NCBI RefSeq assembly: GCF_036321535.1
Contig: NC_087436.1
Span: forward strand, 51,958,001 to 52,022,000
Direction: 5' to 3'
Origin: Camelus dromedarius
Taxonomy: Eukaryota
DNA length: 64,000 bases
A model generated the notes under the pieces. It was not told the origin of the DNA. It saw nothing but the letters and a program-made list of their open reading frames with translations, and made no database searches. A program made the position numbers and the translations under genes. Positions 25,031-38,800 of the stretch are shown one piece after another; within the stretch, counting starts at the first letter, position 1, and each line of letters starts with the position of its first letter.

Positions 25031-28000
25031 AAATGCCAATATCCCTTGGTCCACCCTGTCTCCCTCTCTATGATTTAATCTTCTGCCCTGGGACACAACC
25101 CTGAGATTGCCATTGCTCGTGGGGCCAGCCAATCCCACTGGCAAACATTCTCAACACACACAGCTGTTTCATAACAGGTCTATTGACTCCTTCCGTCATT
25201 AAAATTCTGCAATCATCATATCTCAGTTTAACTTCGTCAGACTTCTTAACAGTCATTTAAATGGAAATTGCTGTTGTGGATATGGTTTATTTGATATCAG
25301 TGAATACTAACACTAGTGAACAGGCAGCCTTACTAGCCAAATATTTGCCTTTGGAGTCGGCCAGTGATCATGATTGCTCTACTTTTACAGCACATGTGGT
25401 TCCACTTCTAGCAGGTGGTCATTTGAAATTTCTAGCAATGTTTATGTGCCATTATATAATTACCAACCTGTTGTAAATCACCCAGCCAGTGGTGATTTGC
25501 CAGAGTGAACAATAGCTGAGATTGTGCACTGCTGACTTTTATATTGTAACCTGAAAGATAACATCCTTTTTCCTGGTTGGTGTGAAACTCTTCTGACATG
25601 AGATGATTTTTAAAAAGTTAACTCTGTCGATTCTGACTTGGGTTTGATAGCAAAATAATCCAGTGTCCATATTGGGCTAATAACAAATCTCTATTAAGAA
25701 TCCATGTGTGTACCTTTGTTAAAATTCTTAATACATGTTTTCAGTAAAACTCTTGATATTGTGAGAGTGTTGAATAGAAGATCAGTACCAAGGGCAGAAA
25801 GGAATGTAAATTGTTAGACATATTGGTACTTCACCAATTGTTTTACCCAATTCAGTGACCATAGTGTGGACAAGAGAGAGAGGAAAATGATGTTAAATGA
25901 TTGGTTATCCTACTTTAAAAAAGGGAGGAGGAAAAGAAAGGTAAATAGTAAAGTAGATTTGAAGAATATTTTATGATTTCCTTATGAAAAAGTAACATTA
26001 ACATAGTATCTGCAGTGATTACAGTAACAAAACAAAAGAGCACACTGAGCACACTTGCATTGTGTCTGTGCACTGTTGGACAAAGTAACTAAACACAGGT
26101 GGCACCGTACAAAAGTGTAAGCTATAAAAGGAGAGGAAAGAGAAGCAAGAATCAATACATCTTCAATTTAAATTTTTAACATTTTACTTTTACCCTCAGA
26201 AGATTAACATTTAAACAAGAGATTGCTTTTTATATTTTGCAGAAATCAGTCACTTTTAGTTACTAATAAGAATTGTTTTTCTTACTAATTTTAAATTAAA
26301 ATTGATATTATGAATATGATAAATTTGATAAAATACTGGGGAAGGGAATCTGTCTTACTTTTGTTTTCTGTCTCTATTTCTGTCTTTCTAGTGTAGGGCT
26401 TCACATTTCCTAAGTGCTAGGTGAACTATTTATGTTGTACTGAAAAATGTAATAACTGAAAAATGAAATAAATTTTCACCTAAAAACAGCCAACATAGCA
26501 TGAAAACATTATATTTTTTTGTCTTTTTAAAAATAACTATGACAATACAGAATGTCTGCTTTCTGGTGAAATGGGAATCCGGATTATTTACTGAGTTGGG
26601 GAGGAAAGACGGAAGGGTGTCAAATTGGAAATCAATTAAATATACGTGCTGATTCTCCTTCCCCAGAGTGCCATCTTTTTAAATTGTTGACATTCCCTCC
26701 CCATCTTTTTTTTTTTTTTAAAACAGAGCATTATATTCTGCCTCCACAATTTGCAGGTATTAACATAAGTACCTTGGATTATTTGTTACTAGATATTGGG
26801 GAAATGGGTGTTTGGATCAGGGATGTAAAGGCGGATGTTTGAGAGGTTTGCTGTAAGAGACATCTTAGAGGATAGGCCTCTGAAGGGGGCTTTGTGGTGG
26901 GTTAGGGCAGGGTGATGGGGCTATCCCCCAAAATCAGAAGTCCCGAGGGATAGGTTTTTCCATTTCAGTGATTTCAAATTTGCAAAATTTAAAGGTTTCT
27001 GGCTTCTCAAAGAAAAAAAGTGAAAGAAACACCTTCCTGTACAACTTTACGCCTTGATCCTGGGACTCAAGCTTTTTTTTTTTTTTTAATTTTCTGATGC
27101 TTTTTATGTTTATGGTATTGTGGAGTGGAAGGATTTCTTCATTCCCATATGGCTCATTTCCTGTAATTACATATAAGGCTCTGTATTTTGCATGATGGAA
27201 AATACAAAGATTAATTGGACACAGGGTTCATCTTCAAGAATGGTATATTTTAGAGACAGAATTAAGCTAAGGTCATTAAATGCTGGTTGAGAGACTAAAT
27301 GAAAATTTTTATGACAATCATAGGGCCTGTGGGAGCAAAACTTGCCAAGGGCCAGACTCCATATTTAAGCTAGCCTAACTGAGGAAATGGTCAATTAATA
27401 CTTACTGATTTATCTTACTAAATTTACCAAGTGAAGGCCATTTAGACAGTGTTCTTTCTGATCATTTCTGTATGAATGTCGTTGAACACTGTTCCAGTTT
27501 TCTAGTTGTATGAGGGCATGCTTTTCCTTTTGGATACAAATTATATTTTTAATCTTTATTCATAGAGACCTTGCCAAGAACTGTGAGCATTAACTATTAT
27601 GGTAATTAACATTTTGGGCATTTTGGAGTTTGCTGTAGAAGAAAGTTTGCTGTCTAGCATAATCACCAAATCAGTGACTCTTGCTTTTTAAAAATGTTCA
27701 ATGCAATACAGTTTTAGTGATTCAGGCAGATATGAAAACCAGTGTCTTTAGTACAATTTGCTAAACTGTAACTAGAAGAACCAACTCTACTGGGAGTTGG
27801 AGGAGATTGACTCATGGGGCAGTTTGGATATGTATCTTGAAAGAGAGGATGATTTTTTTATTTTATCTGGCATGGGTATGATACAACTCTACCTCCAAGT
27901 TACTGTAGAAGTTAAGTTGAATGGTTACAGATTGGGGGGTGGGGGCAAAGGGTGACAATGGTGAAAAAGTGACAGCCTGTACTGTATAATTTTCTAGGGT

Positions 28001-28884
28001 ATGTCTTGGCCACATCCCCACCGAGAAAACTGGAGTTGGTTTCTCTTTTCTCAGGTGGATCCTAAGGGAGAGGTGCTCTCTTTTCCCCTCTTCTTTTACA
28101 TTTACATGCTGATGTGACATAAGACTGATTCATTCGTTGGAAATAATGTGAGTGTGGGGTAGGGGATTAAGTGTTAGAGCTCTTATTTCAATCATAGTGT
28201 TACCATAATCTGTCCATTAATATGTTAACTTAATCAAATAATCTGCAAATATGTACTTTAAAGTCTGCAGAGCAAATCAGATTTGTTCAATTAATATTCA
28301 TGGAACAAATAAATAAACAGATTGGGACATTGGGATTTTTTTTTTTTTATTGGTATAAGTGATGAAATTTAAGAGAAAACTCTTTTTTATAATGAGATAG
28401 AATGATTATACCAGGTGTCCGGGGTGATAGGAGATAATGACCAAGAAGGAGGAATGGTGTACAGAAAAGAGATGTGAGAAGGCCAGAGAAATGTCATATG
28501 GTTGCTTGGGGTTCAAGTACTGAGTTATTCTCATGTTTCTGAGAATCTTGGAGTCACACTTAGAATGCTGTCTTGGGACTCAGGTATTTGTGTAAATGTG
28601 ACATATAGTATTGGATCTTTGAATTGCAGGTATCAATATGTAAGGTGTGTATACACTGCTAATGCATGTAATAGATAGCGCACCCCTTCTGTGGGCATGG
28701 AAATCATCAAATTTCTGTATCTGGATCTTATTTACATAAAGGAATATGGTTTAGAACTTTTTCTGGTATCTTTGTATGTGATTTTATAACTACTTGTATA
28801 TGTGCCTTTTAGAAATAATTGTTTAGAAGTAGTAGACTAATAGATGATTACAGACTAAAAATAGATTTCTTTAAATTGCCTTTT

Positions 28885-29665
28885 AGCATAGTGTAAAGAA
28901 CAGTAGACCTTTTAGAGTCAAGACTTTGTTTAAATCCTGTCTTGAGCTTGAATCCTGACTCTGCCACTTATATGTGGGCAACTTTGGGGGAAGTTAATGA
29001 TCTGCTCTATGCTTCAGTTTCCTTATCTGTAAAATGGAGATAAACAGTGTTTCTCTTTCGGGTCAGGGACAGCTTTACGGGCATTCAACCAGTGACATGG
29101 CAAGTGGTCCAGCACTCACAATATGGCCCTGTGCTTGTTGTTTAATGCTCTGTGGTCACCATCTTGACATTTTAAATAATTTTTACTTTGGATTTATATT
29201 TTGTAACGAAGTCAGATGGGACAGCAAAGCTTGCCCTGGAGACTTGCAGCCATGGCTCACATGGGGTCCCACCTGCTACTGCCTTCCCACTTCTCTGAAA
29301 GATCCTGGGCTGCCCCTTCTCCTGCCTCCTCTGCCTCCCTTTGCCTCCAGTGGGAACTGGGCACGGGGGCCTGGGGAATTGGATCAGCCAGTGGTGCCTG
29401 TGCTGAGTGTCAGGGACCGGAGAGGGCATCTGTGAAGATCTGCCTTTGCCCTTCAAGTATCTCATAATACGTTGAGAGAGAAAGACCACGGGAGAAAGGA
29501 AAAAACTTTTATCCAACAGGTTTAACAAAGGACCCTGCATTTTCATTTTGCACTGGGTCCTGCAAATTATGTACCTGGGATAGGGTGTTTTGAGGGCTTG
29601 TAGGTGTAAAGCAACTAGAATGATGCCTGGCAAACCATAGGCACTGGAGAAAGCTGTACTGTTAT
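28885..29665 (+). mobile_element. MIR SINE split by a MER45 insertion
   Basis: 5' part 'tgaatcctgactctgccactta...cttcagtttccttatctgtaaaatggagataa' (to ~29063); 3' part 'tagggtgttttgaggg...tgtaaagcaactagaatgatgcctggca' (from ~29580). Confidence 0.8.
29064..29578 (+). mobile_element. MER45-family (hAT-Tip100) element, longer than MER45A (MER45B/C-like)
   Basis: Left end 'cagggacagctttacgggc...gtttaatgctctgtggtcaccatcttgacattttaaataatttt'; right end 'aacaaaggaccctgcattttcattttgcactgggtcctgcaaattatgta'. Confidence 0.85.
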
Positions 29666-31498
29666 TGGTATCTAGTATAGTACATATCTAGCATATCATC
29701 TAGTGTAGTTTATCAGCTCTGTATTACAATATACCTGTGTAACATAATAATTTTATAAAAGGTACATGTTGTCACGAATAAGATTTATTGCATTTAGATG
29801 GAAATAGGTCATTAAAAAATAACCAGTAGCCTCCAGTTGGTCTTAAATGTATGAAATCTAGTAAATATTATAGATATCATTTTTGCATTTTCAATGCAAT
29901 AACTGTAAAAATATCTAGGTAAAGGTTATATGGTGGTACAAAATATATCCACTTTTGTACTACGGTTAGATAGGAAGCCAGCATGTTGCAGGTTTTCCTT
30001 CATTAAGGTACTTTATGCTTGCTAATAGCAAATGGAAACAAACTCAGCAAAAGCATTTATGCTTTGTTGTTTTTGTTGTTATATATTGTCTTGTGATATA
30101 TGTTATCTATTTTCTGTATCCCATTTTTATAGGTATAGGTTTTTAGAAGTTCATTACTATTTTTTTTTCTTGTCCAGAAAATATCTGTGAGGTACTACAG
30201 AAATGAATGCTTTTGTTTAAACAGGCTTTATTTAATAGAATGAAGGTAAAACAGGTTTTATGTATCATAGATAAACTGTTACCCTTGGAGGTGCGTAGTG
30301 TATGTGTTGCAAATGTTGGGAGAACTTAGGAGGAAGGCTTCTCTTGGCTTCAACTACATCATTGTCTTTCCTTAATCTTTAAGTAATGCTCTGAATTTGA
30401 TTAGCCATACAAAGAGCAGATGGTGGGATGGTGCCAAGTTGACATTCACCATCTGCCTCTCACATATATAATTCTGTATGTGAAAAAATAATATAGCAGC
30501 GATCTTCTATTTAGTAGTTGTTGGAGAAACTACCATTTGGGACAATCATATTTCAGCATGAATAACTTCATTAAATAAACATAAGCAAAAAGCTTGTCAT
30601 GTTCAAACTCAGCATGTGTTTTTGTCTATTATTTGCATATATGAAATTTTGTTGTTGTTTTTGATCCAAAGTTAATATAGGACCAGAGATCTTAGAAAGT
30701 TATATTCGACAGTTGGTTGAGTTTGACCAAATGCCTTGGTGGATTAAAAAGTGTCTTTGCCCTAAACTGGCAACAAGCGTTTTTTTGTTTTTGTTTTTCT
30801 TTTTGTTTTTCTGGGCTTAATTTAAGCTGGGATGGAAGCAAAGAGGGGTTTTGGTCAAACAACACTTAATTCTTACACAAAATATGCAACAAATAGTACG
30901 GTTTTCTGAACAAATTTATCTCCGAATTTATCAGGAACACACCTAGGCCACTCTGTGTATAATAGGAGAAATGGAGGTGAGCAAGGAGAGTTTAGATTCA
31001 CCCTTGGACTCTACTAGCTGAGTCAGGATTGGTTTCTCCGTTCTTCAAAGGGATGCCCCCCTCTATCAGGTTTCCCAGAGTCCTTTTCTCTCTGTGTAAG
31101 AGCCACATGTCTTAGCAAGAGGCAAACTTCTGGAGTCAGCTGCAGGTAACAGCCTCACTCCCCGACTGTCTCACCTCACCCCAATATTAAGTGTAGGCTT
31201 GATGGTAGAGTGAGAGCAATTGTCTGTTACATAGGAGGGATACGTCCTTGAGAAGTGCCTCAAAGGAGAGGGAAAGAGACATTAGGAGTTAAGCTGCTGC
31301 ACCAGGTTGCCAACATAAGAAGAGTAAGTTAATATTAACTGTAATTTGCCTTGTACTTTCAAGTATCCATAAAGCAGGGTGATATTATACATGGACCTAT
31401 GTGGAGCCTGCATAGAATCTTCAGAGGGTCTGAGGATTCCAAACTTCCGTGCAGCATTTGTTTGTTTAGATGCAAACAATTAGAAACCCTTACCACTC

Positions 31499-31685
31499 GG
31501 GGGGAGGCTGTAGCTCAGGGGTAAATTGCATGCTTAGCATACGCGAGGTCCTGGGTTCAATCCCCAGTACCTCCTTTAAAATAAATAAATAAAAACCTAA
31601 TTACTCCCCTGCCCCCCCCAAAAAAAGAAATTTAAACATAGAAATGGAAAGGGCATAGAAACTTAAAAAAATTTAAAAAAAAAAA
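31499..31685 (+). mobile_element. tRNA-derived SINE, vic-1-like, with extended 3' tail
   Basis: 'ggggaggctgtagctcaggggta...gcatgcttagcatacgcgaggtcctgggttcaatccccagtacctcc', AATAAA repeats; TSD aaacccttacca / aaacccattacca. Confidence 0.9.
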
Positions 31686-33909
31686 CCCATTACCATGGAG
31701 TTATAAATACGAGTAGAACATGTAGAGCGGTTTTCACCAGTACCGCGGTGGTGTGTCTTGGTTTTCATTGCTGTGTTACCACCAACTGACGAAAAACAAA
31801 ATCATGTATAAATCAGAAAAAAGGTGAGAAATAATTTAAGTGGATGTTTATAGTCTTTTGGTAATTCTCTACTGTATTTACAACCCCGCCAAAGTCAATA
31901 TTTTGTCATATGACAGACACACCAAGAAATAATTTGTGTTTACCTTACCTCCTTTGAGGCTATGGTGGAAAAAGAAGACTAGTCTAAAATGGAGGTAGAC
32001 TGGTAATATGGAGACTAGTATGGTAATTTTGGCTAAGAACATGGACTTTGGAATTGATGTCAGGAGTATGGGTCTGGGTTCTTCTGTGTATTTCTGATTA
32101 TCGTTGGCCATGTGGGCAGGCTCTTCAAAACTGGACTTGCAGGCAGTTTTCTTACCTGGAAATTAGGGGTAATAATATTTACTCCTCAGAACCCATCTTG
32201 TCGTAAAATCACAGTTTCAGAGATGAGAAGTGGGGACTCTGGCAATGCACCTTTTCAGCAAGGTGCGACCTTTTGAAATGAGAACTTTTCTTGCAGGAGA
32301 ACCTAATTCTGAGTTTCTGAAGGGATCACCTGTTCAATCCTTAGATCCAGGAGATAGACTGTTGGTTTAGGACTTACCCTGTGACTCTCATTACCTCCAC
32401 AGATGGTACCCTTGGTATTTATGTGCATGCTTGCTTCTGGAGAGAGGTTTAGATCCTAAGCTGTTTTTGCTTTGGGGGATGGTAAACACTTCTTCCAGCT
32501 GGCTGAAATCAATGGGCACTTTTTCTCTGAAGCTCTTAGGAAAGGAAGGAAAGGGGATATTAGAATGTACTTTTATTGAAGTGGTCATTTTTACTGTGCA
32601 CCTTTAGTTCATCTGGGACTCGCACATTGCTTTTAATCTCTACAGCACTTTTTGTTTTTTATTATTCAGGAAGAGCATTAGAGTATCCCCATGGTTAGCA
32701 ATTATGGGACATTTAACAAATGGTCTGTAATTCTAGAGGGCAAAATGTCTGTGTACTATATTCCAAAGGAATAGTCATTGTTCGATCCAGCTTAATTTTT
32801 GCCCTATGTAACTTACGTGGATATTTCCCTTTATTTATAGCAGCTAGGGATAGTGTGTCAGTCATATTTTCACACAGTAGAAAAATCTCTGGAATTGAGT
32901 TTTGTGGTTAGCAAAACAGAAGTAAAAATGTCTAAGGCCTTTCATTTAAAGGTACCCTATATAATGAAAGAATTTTATTTATCTTTGGGAGAATATAAAA
33001 GAGAAATTGAAAAAAGTATGTATACTTCTTATTATGTATATTTTATGTATTTTTTTCTGATAAATGAAAATAGAAAGTACTTTTTCCAGTTCTCCCTTGT
33101 TATTATCTTCTCACCATTCCACATTGGTTTTAATATAAACATCATTTTATGATACTTTGAGAACTAAAAAAAAATCATTGCTAGTTCTTCCTCATGAGTT
33201 AATCTTAATGCATAAAAATGAAGTTAAATATAAGGAATATGAAAATTTTCTTTTATGTGGAAATGCAATTTCTTTTATACAATTGGAAGCCTTCTTCTCT
33301 TATAGGCTGTAGTTAAAGATATTTTATTTGAAAGAAAGAACAACCTTTTTTTTCTTTTTAAATAACTGTACCAAACTAATTGTTCAGGAAAAAGTCCACT
33401 TGGTAATCACAACTGACACATTTTGGTTGACTTTTTTTTAGTAAGGGTGAGCAGTCCATTGTGTTTACAAAGAGAATTATACTCACTCATTAACCCCATT
33501 AAAATTTTTGTAGTTGAGAAAAAATTAACCTCACTCAGGGGGGAAAGAAAAAAAGCAGAGGCTAATGACTAGAGTGGAAAAGCTTTGTTAAAGTCACTTA
33601 AGATTAACTATGCTAACTTGATATGTAGATGGCAAAAGTACGGTTTTGAATGTGTGAGATTTGCATAATTGGGATGAGTTTTAAAACTATGTGGAAAAAT
33701 ACGTATTTTGAATTTTAAGCAAATAGCAAGTTAAGAAAAATATCATCTTGGTGACTTACAGACAAGAAAGCAAGAAATCTGGATTGTATGTAGCTATTTC
33801 TTTAATAGGGCTAGAAGTTCACATATGCTTACCATCCTTTTCTATACTATGATGATACTCTGTTCAGTTTAATGTCACTGCAACTTAAAAAATGCTTACT
33901 GTTCTATCC

Positions 33910-34040
33910 TTTTTTCAGATACAGAAACTAAGGCTGTGAAAGACACAGTAACAAGTCTAACACAGCACAGTAAGGGGTGAAGCCTGGATTAGTGACCAGA
34001 TCTGTCTGACTCTCAATTGTGGGCCTTCTCACTACATCAT
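33910..34040 (-). mobile_element. MIR SINE
   Basis: 'ttttcagatacagaaactaaggctg...cagatctgtctgactc'. Confidence 0.65.
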
Positions 34041-34314
34041 GCTGTCTGACCTTGACCCCAGGGGCTTAATTTATTTAGGGAACCGTTTCTTAATCTATAG
34101 AGAAGATTTAGGCCAATTTATATCAGAAATCTCATTGCCTCTCAAATTCTGTAACTCAAGTTTGTTCCTTATTTTTAAAATTTAGACCATAAAGTATTAC
34201 AGAGGTTACGTATTCAATAATATATTCAATAAACTATTACCTTGGGACTCTACACAGCACTTCAGACTCACAGTCTTTATTCATCCAAAATCGAATGTTA
34301 AAAAGCTATTCAAC

Positions 34315-34440
34315 GGGGAGACTATAGCTCAAGTGGTAGAGCACATGCTTAGCATGCACGAGGTCCTGGGTGCAGTTCCCAGAACCTCCTCTAAAAAAAT
34401 AAATACGTAGATAAACCCAGTTACTCCCCCACCTAAAAAG
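34315..34440 (+). mobile_element. tRNA-derived SINE, vic-1-like
   Basis: 'ggggagactatagctcaagtggtagagcacatgcttagcatgcacgaggtcctggg'; degenerate TSD aaaagctattca / aaaaggctaattca. Confidence 0.9.
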
Positions 34441-37228
34441 GCTAATTCATTTGTACCTTAGTACTGAGAAAATTAGAGAAACAGTAGTTTGCTATATAAC
34501 TTATGAAAAATTAACTAGAAAATTAGTTGGGTTATATTTTGTATTATGTTGTAAATGTCTTGAGGGGACACTCTTCAAAATGTGATAAATATAAACCTAC
34601 TAAACTTACTTTGCTTTGTGTTCATTTAGCTTTGTCATATTTAAGCTATGTTTGCAAATACATCATACAACTAGATAGGGAAAGTTGATAATTTTTCATC
34701 TCTGTCCTACATTAAAAATAAAGCATAATAAATGCAAATATTTTAAAAGTCTATCTTTATGAAATGAAATTAAAAGCTAATGTCAGCTATACATTCTTTG
34801 CCATGTTCTTAAAACCATATTAGTTCTGATAACTTAAGTGAGTTATCAAGAAATTAGAAAGTTAGCATATTGCCCTGTCACAGAATAACAGCCCCCTAAC
34901 TTCTGTGCTAGCTCTTTTTCACTCAGTTTAACTTTGGTGTTTCAGTGAAGGATGAATACAGTTTAAAAAAAGAAAGAAAGAAAAAAAAAAAGAAAAGAAA
35001 AAAAAAAGAGGAAAGAAAGAAAGGAACACCCATCTTTCCTCTTGCAGTGGATGAAAAATTCCTAGCAATCTTGTTCCAAAAGACTTTATGATACTTTTTA
35101 ATGAATGGTTAATAAATATAAGGACAAATGATAGCATATGCATTGTTTTATCTGATGTAAAATAAAATTTTAAAGCTAATTTTATTTGCCTTATTTTTGC
35201 TAACAGTGTATTAAAGTTATGTCAAAGGTAGACGCATGCCTATAAAATAGGATATTGAAATCATCCAACTTTGTGGTAATGTCTGCATTCTTTTTAAATA
35301 TATTTCCCCCCTCCAAACAATAATTTATTTTTTTTTTCTGTTAAGCATTGTTTAACACTTAAGAATCCCTCACAGATGTATTCAGGATATTTCAGTTCAA
35401 GTTTGAATTACAAAGAGTAGCTGCTAATGAGTTACAGGCAGAATAAAACAGAATTTCACTAATTAGAAGTTAGACAGTTTTGTCAGTATGTAGCTATTGG
35501 ACATCCATATCATCATTAGTGCCTTTGGAAAAAGAAAGAAGTTACTTTGAAATGCAAAAAGGTAACCCAACACATACCTTTGTTAAATTGAAAACATTGA
35601 TTGAGCTGATCTTTTATGCCCATCAGTCAGTCTAAGTGGTGATGACACAACCCCTTCCCCAGAGCAGTTTGATGTATAGTGGAATTTGATAGGATGTTTA
35701 CTATTTACTAAAAGTGATGATAAATATATGCATTTAAACATTTGAGAGACGAGAATCCATCTTACATTTTGTGATACAGCAGACTGTCTCTGAAGAATAG
35801 TGGTCTCCCTTTAATTCAATAATTACCATTTCTTCAGTACTGATTATATTTTTACATACCTTAAATGCATCATTTCTAATTCTAACCAGAATAATTTAAG
35901 GAAGAAATACTAGTGTGGAAATTGAATGCACACTTACCTCTGTCTGGTTCTAAAAGTCAAATTCGTTTCACATTGTACTGCCTTCCTGTGACTTGTTCTG
36001 CAGTCTGAATTGTAAAAGATCACAGGATGATAGAGATGGAAGAACCTTCCTTGTCATCTTGTCAGAACCTTCAGTCTTACATCTTTGGGAGGGCCAAAAG
36101 TGGTTCATGGACTTGCCAATGACAAACTGAGAGTGGCTAGACTGAAACTTCAGTCTTCTAACTCCTAGTAGTTGCTCTTTCAAAGCTCCTTTTCAGTACC
36201 GTTCAGGAGCAATTAATCATATACTCTCTTGGGATGTTTCTTATATTATTCTTCTTGGGTATAAATATTTATTATTTTTTAACTCTCAGTTTATCGTAAG
36301 CCCCTGTAAGGCAAGGAAGGGTTTCTTGCCCTTGTTTGGGCAGTGCCCAGTCAAGTGGCATATACGTAGTAGCAGTCAACAGATATTAACTAGTTTGTTG
36401 CTTCTGTTTTGTTTCTGTTACTTCAGTGTTGCTTTTCTGCTCTTTCCGCCTGGCCACGACTGTAACCAGTTTCGTATATTAATTTTTGTTGTTGTTGTTG
36501 AAATACCGACTATAGTGTTTAGTACCCTGACTGTACCCTGATACAAAATGAATCACAAACTGAGAGAAACATATTAAATATGAAAAAACATAATAAGTAG
36601 GCTTGTTTAAAATTTTTGAATTCCTTGCTCATGAAAATTACAAAAATGATGCTCGTACTGTGCTTAGTACAACAGGCAGAATATTTGACATAGAAAGAGT
36701 TGCTGAGGAAAGGTCTCCCGTGATGACAAGGAGGCAGGCATATGTAAAGACCATATATCATTAACAGTGTGTAAGGACATTACCACATCTCCATACAACA
36801 AAGCTTTAGAAAATATTTAATATCTAATGTTCCACAAATTGATCTTATGATAGGGAGTACTCTGGTCTAGTTAGTAAGTTTGCATGTGACTTGCATTTAA
36901 ACGCAAACTGATTTTTCCCTCCAAAGGAAGTACGTATGTTTTGCTTATTATATTATTATATATACTTTGTTTTTCTGGTATGGTTGGTGATTTTTCTCAT
37001 TCAACTATTTTGTGGGGCAGCTGGAAGACCAAGGTGAGGATTGCAAGAAGAGAAGGCTGCAAATTCCGGGTCAGCAAATTGGCTTAGGAAGAGTTAGCCC
37101 TTTTTACTTTCGCCTCATTAGCATCACAGTTTAATTAAATATGTGTATAAATCACGAGTGACAAAGTTCTTTAACTCTGTACATATACCAGGAGACCTCA
37201 GAATGGCCATATATGTTTGTATGAGTGT

Positions 37229-37247
37229 ACACACACACACACACACA
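37229..37247. repeat. (AC)n microsatellite
   Basis: About 9 AC units. Confidence 0.85.
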
Positions 37248-37709
37248 ATGACTGTGTCTACACTGATTTAACTTGCAGTTGTTTTATACTCAGAGCAATA
37301 TACAGAGGTAATTTTTTTGTTTATATAAAGAAAAGACTAAAAAGTATTTTAACTCTACACAATTTAAATACTTTATAATTTATTGTTAATCAGTTAAGAT
37401 TTGATTACTTTTGACTGGAAAGTAGATGTCTTATGTCTTCTCTTTGAAAATCCTCCTAGTGGTCGTGGATGAGCTTTGTACTCCCCTGTGCAAAAGTGGC
37501 CTAAAGCTTTGTTTTCAAGTTATTTGGAATTGCTGTGCTATTTATGACTTCACTGGTTGAAGAGGATCAGAATAAAAAGTAGCATCTCTCTGGCTCCTTC
37601 CTTTCTGAGGAACATCCCAGTGTTCCAGTGTGTGGATTGCAGTTGATATCTTACTCGGATTGGGCATTTCTTTGTGTCAGGTAATCAATAGTGTGGTCAT
37701 CAGCACAGA

Positions 37710-38800
37710 CTCATTCAGTCCCTACTCCATGCATATTTGTTGGAAGTGGAGAAGATGCCAACATGTAAAACATAGATACTTCCTTTAAGGAAATTATGCT
37801 CTGAGAAAGAGAGGCCAGATATAGAATGAGGTGTTTGGGGAAGATTTCATGGATGAGCTAGAACTTGCATCAGGCTTTGAAGACTAAGCAGGCTTTAATT
37901 TTAGAGAAAATAGAGGCAGAGATAGGCAGAGAGCCAACATGAGCAACCAGGTTGGGAAAGAGATGACTGTAATATACATAAAGAGACGGGCTATCTACAT
38001 CAGAGGTGAAGAAAAGTGGTGGGAAACAGAGGGTCATGGTTTCATAAGGATGGAGGAGGAAATGGAAATCCAGAGAAGTGTTTTACCTTGATATGTGATA
38101 ATAGCATTTCCCCCATTGCTCCATTAATGCATGGGTCCCTTGATCAAAGAAGCATGGAGTATGCTAAAGAAAGGTAAACTGATCTACACCTCAAGACTAA
38201 AGAGATTTTAACACATTACTGTACATGGTGAAATTCCGTGAGGGGGGTATAGCAAGCAGAATATCTTAAACCTAGTTGGTCACGGGTGCTTTTAATTTTT
38301 CCTGTGACAAATACACTTGTGGGAGGAATGTCGTAACAGAATATAGATGCAACCAATACAGATTTTAGAGGACATGGTGAATGGTGTTTTAGGAAGATAA
38401 GTCTTCTAGGGATAAACTGGGTAAAGTGAGGAGTAAAGGATAGAAGCTATTGAAATATTTTGGGAGAGGGTTGAAGAAGGCCTGGTCCCGGGTGGCAGCA
38501 GTAACTTTGGAGGGTAAACGTAAATTCAAGACCTTTTACAAATAAATAAACAAACAAACAAACAAGGCTGCAGGATGTGGTAGCAAATTGAATTAAATAA
38601 AGTGATGGTAAAACTGTATGACTGAATGCAATTCTTGATACTATGAGTGATAAAAAAATGAGAAGTCAGAAACCAGTCCTAGGAATTCTAATTGAGAGAA
38701 TTGCAGAGATGATGGCCCCACCACTAAGACTGAGGTAGCAGTGAAGAGGAGCTGGAACTCTGTGGGAGAAGAATGGTGAGTTAAACACAAGGGACACAAG
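37710..38800 (-). mobile_element. L2 (antisense), apparently interrupted by a hAT-Charlie-like relic at ~38110-38350
   Basis: 'tcattcag...catatttgttg' L2 end, 'aggctttgaagac', 'tgttttaggaagataagtct'; insert contains 'aatatcttaaacctagttggtcacgggtgc'. Confidence 0.55.

Noticed and set aside
25400..25422. CTCF-like ctagcaggtggtca
   Set aside because: Partial match with mismatches at informative positions; not supportable without a PWM scan.
27780..28020. Possible L3/CR1 relics (also 39230-39420) and LTR-like GC-richer patches (300-560, 1260-1750, 10410-10560, 31040-31300)
   Set aside because: Too diverged to assign a family by eye; needs a Dfam HMM search.
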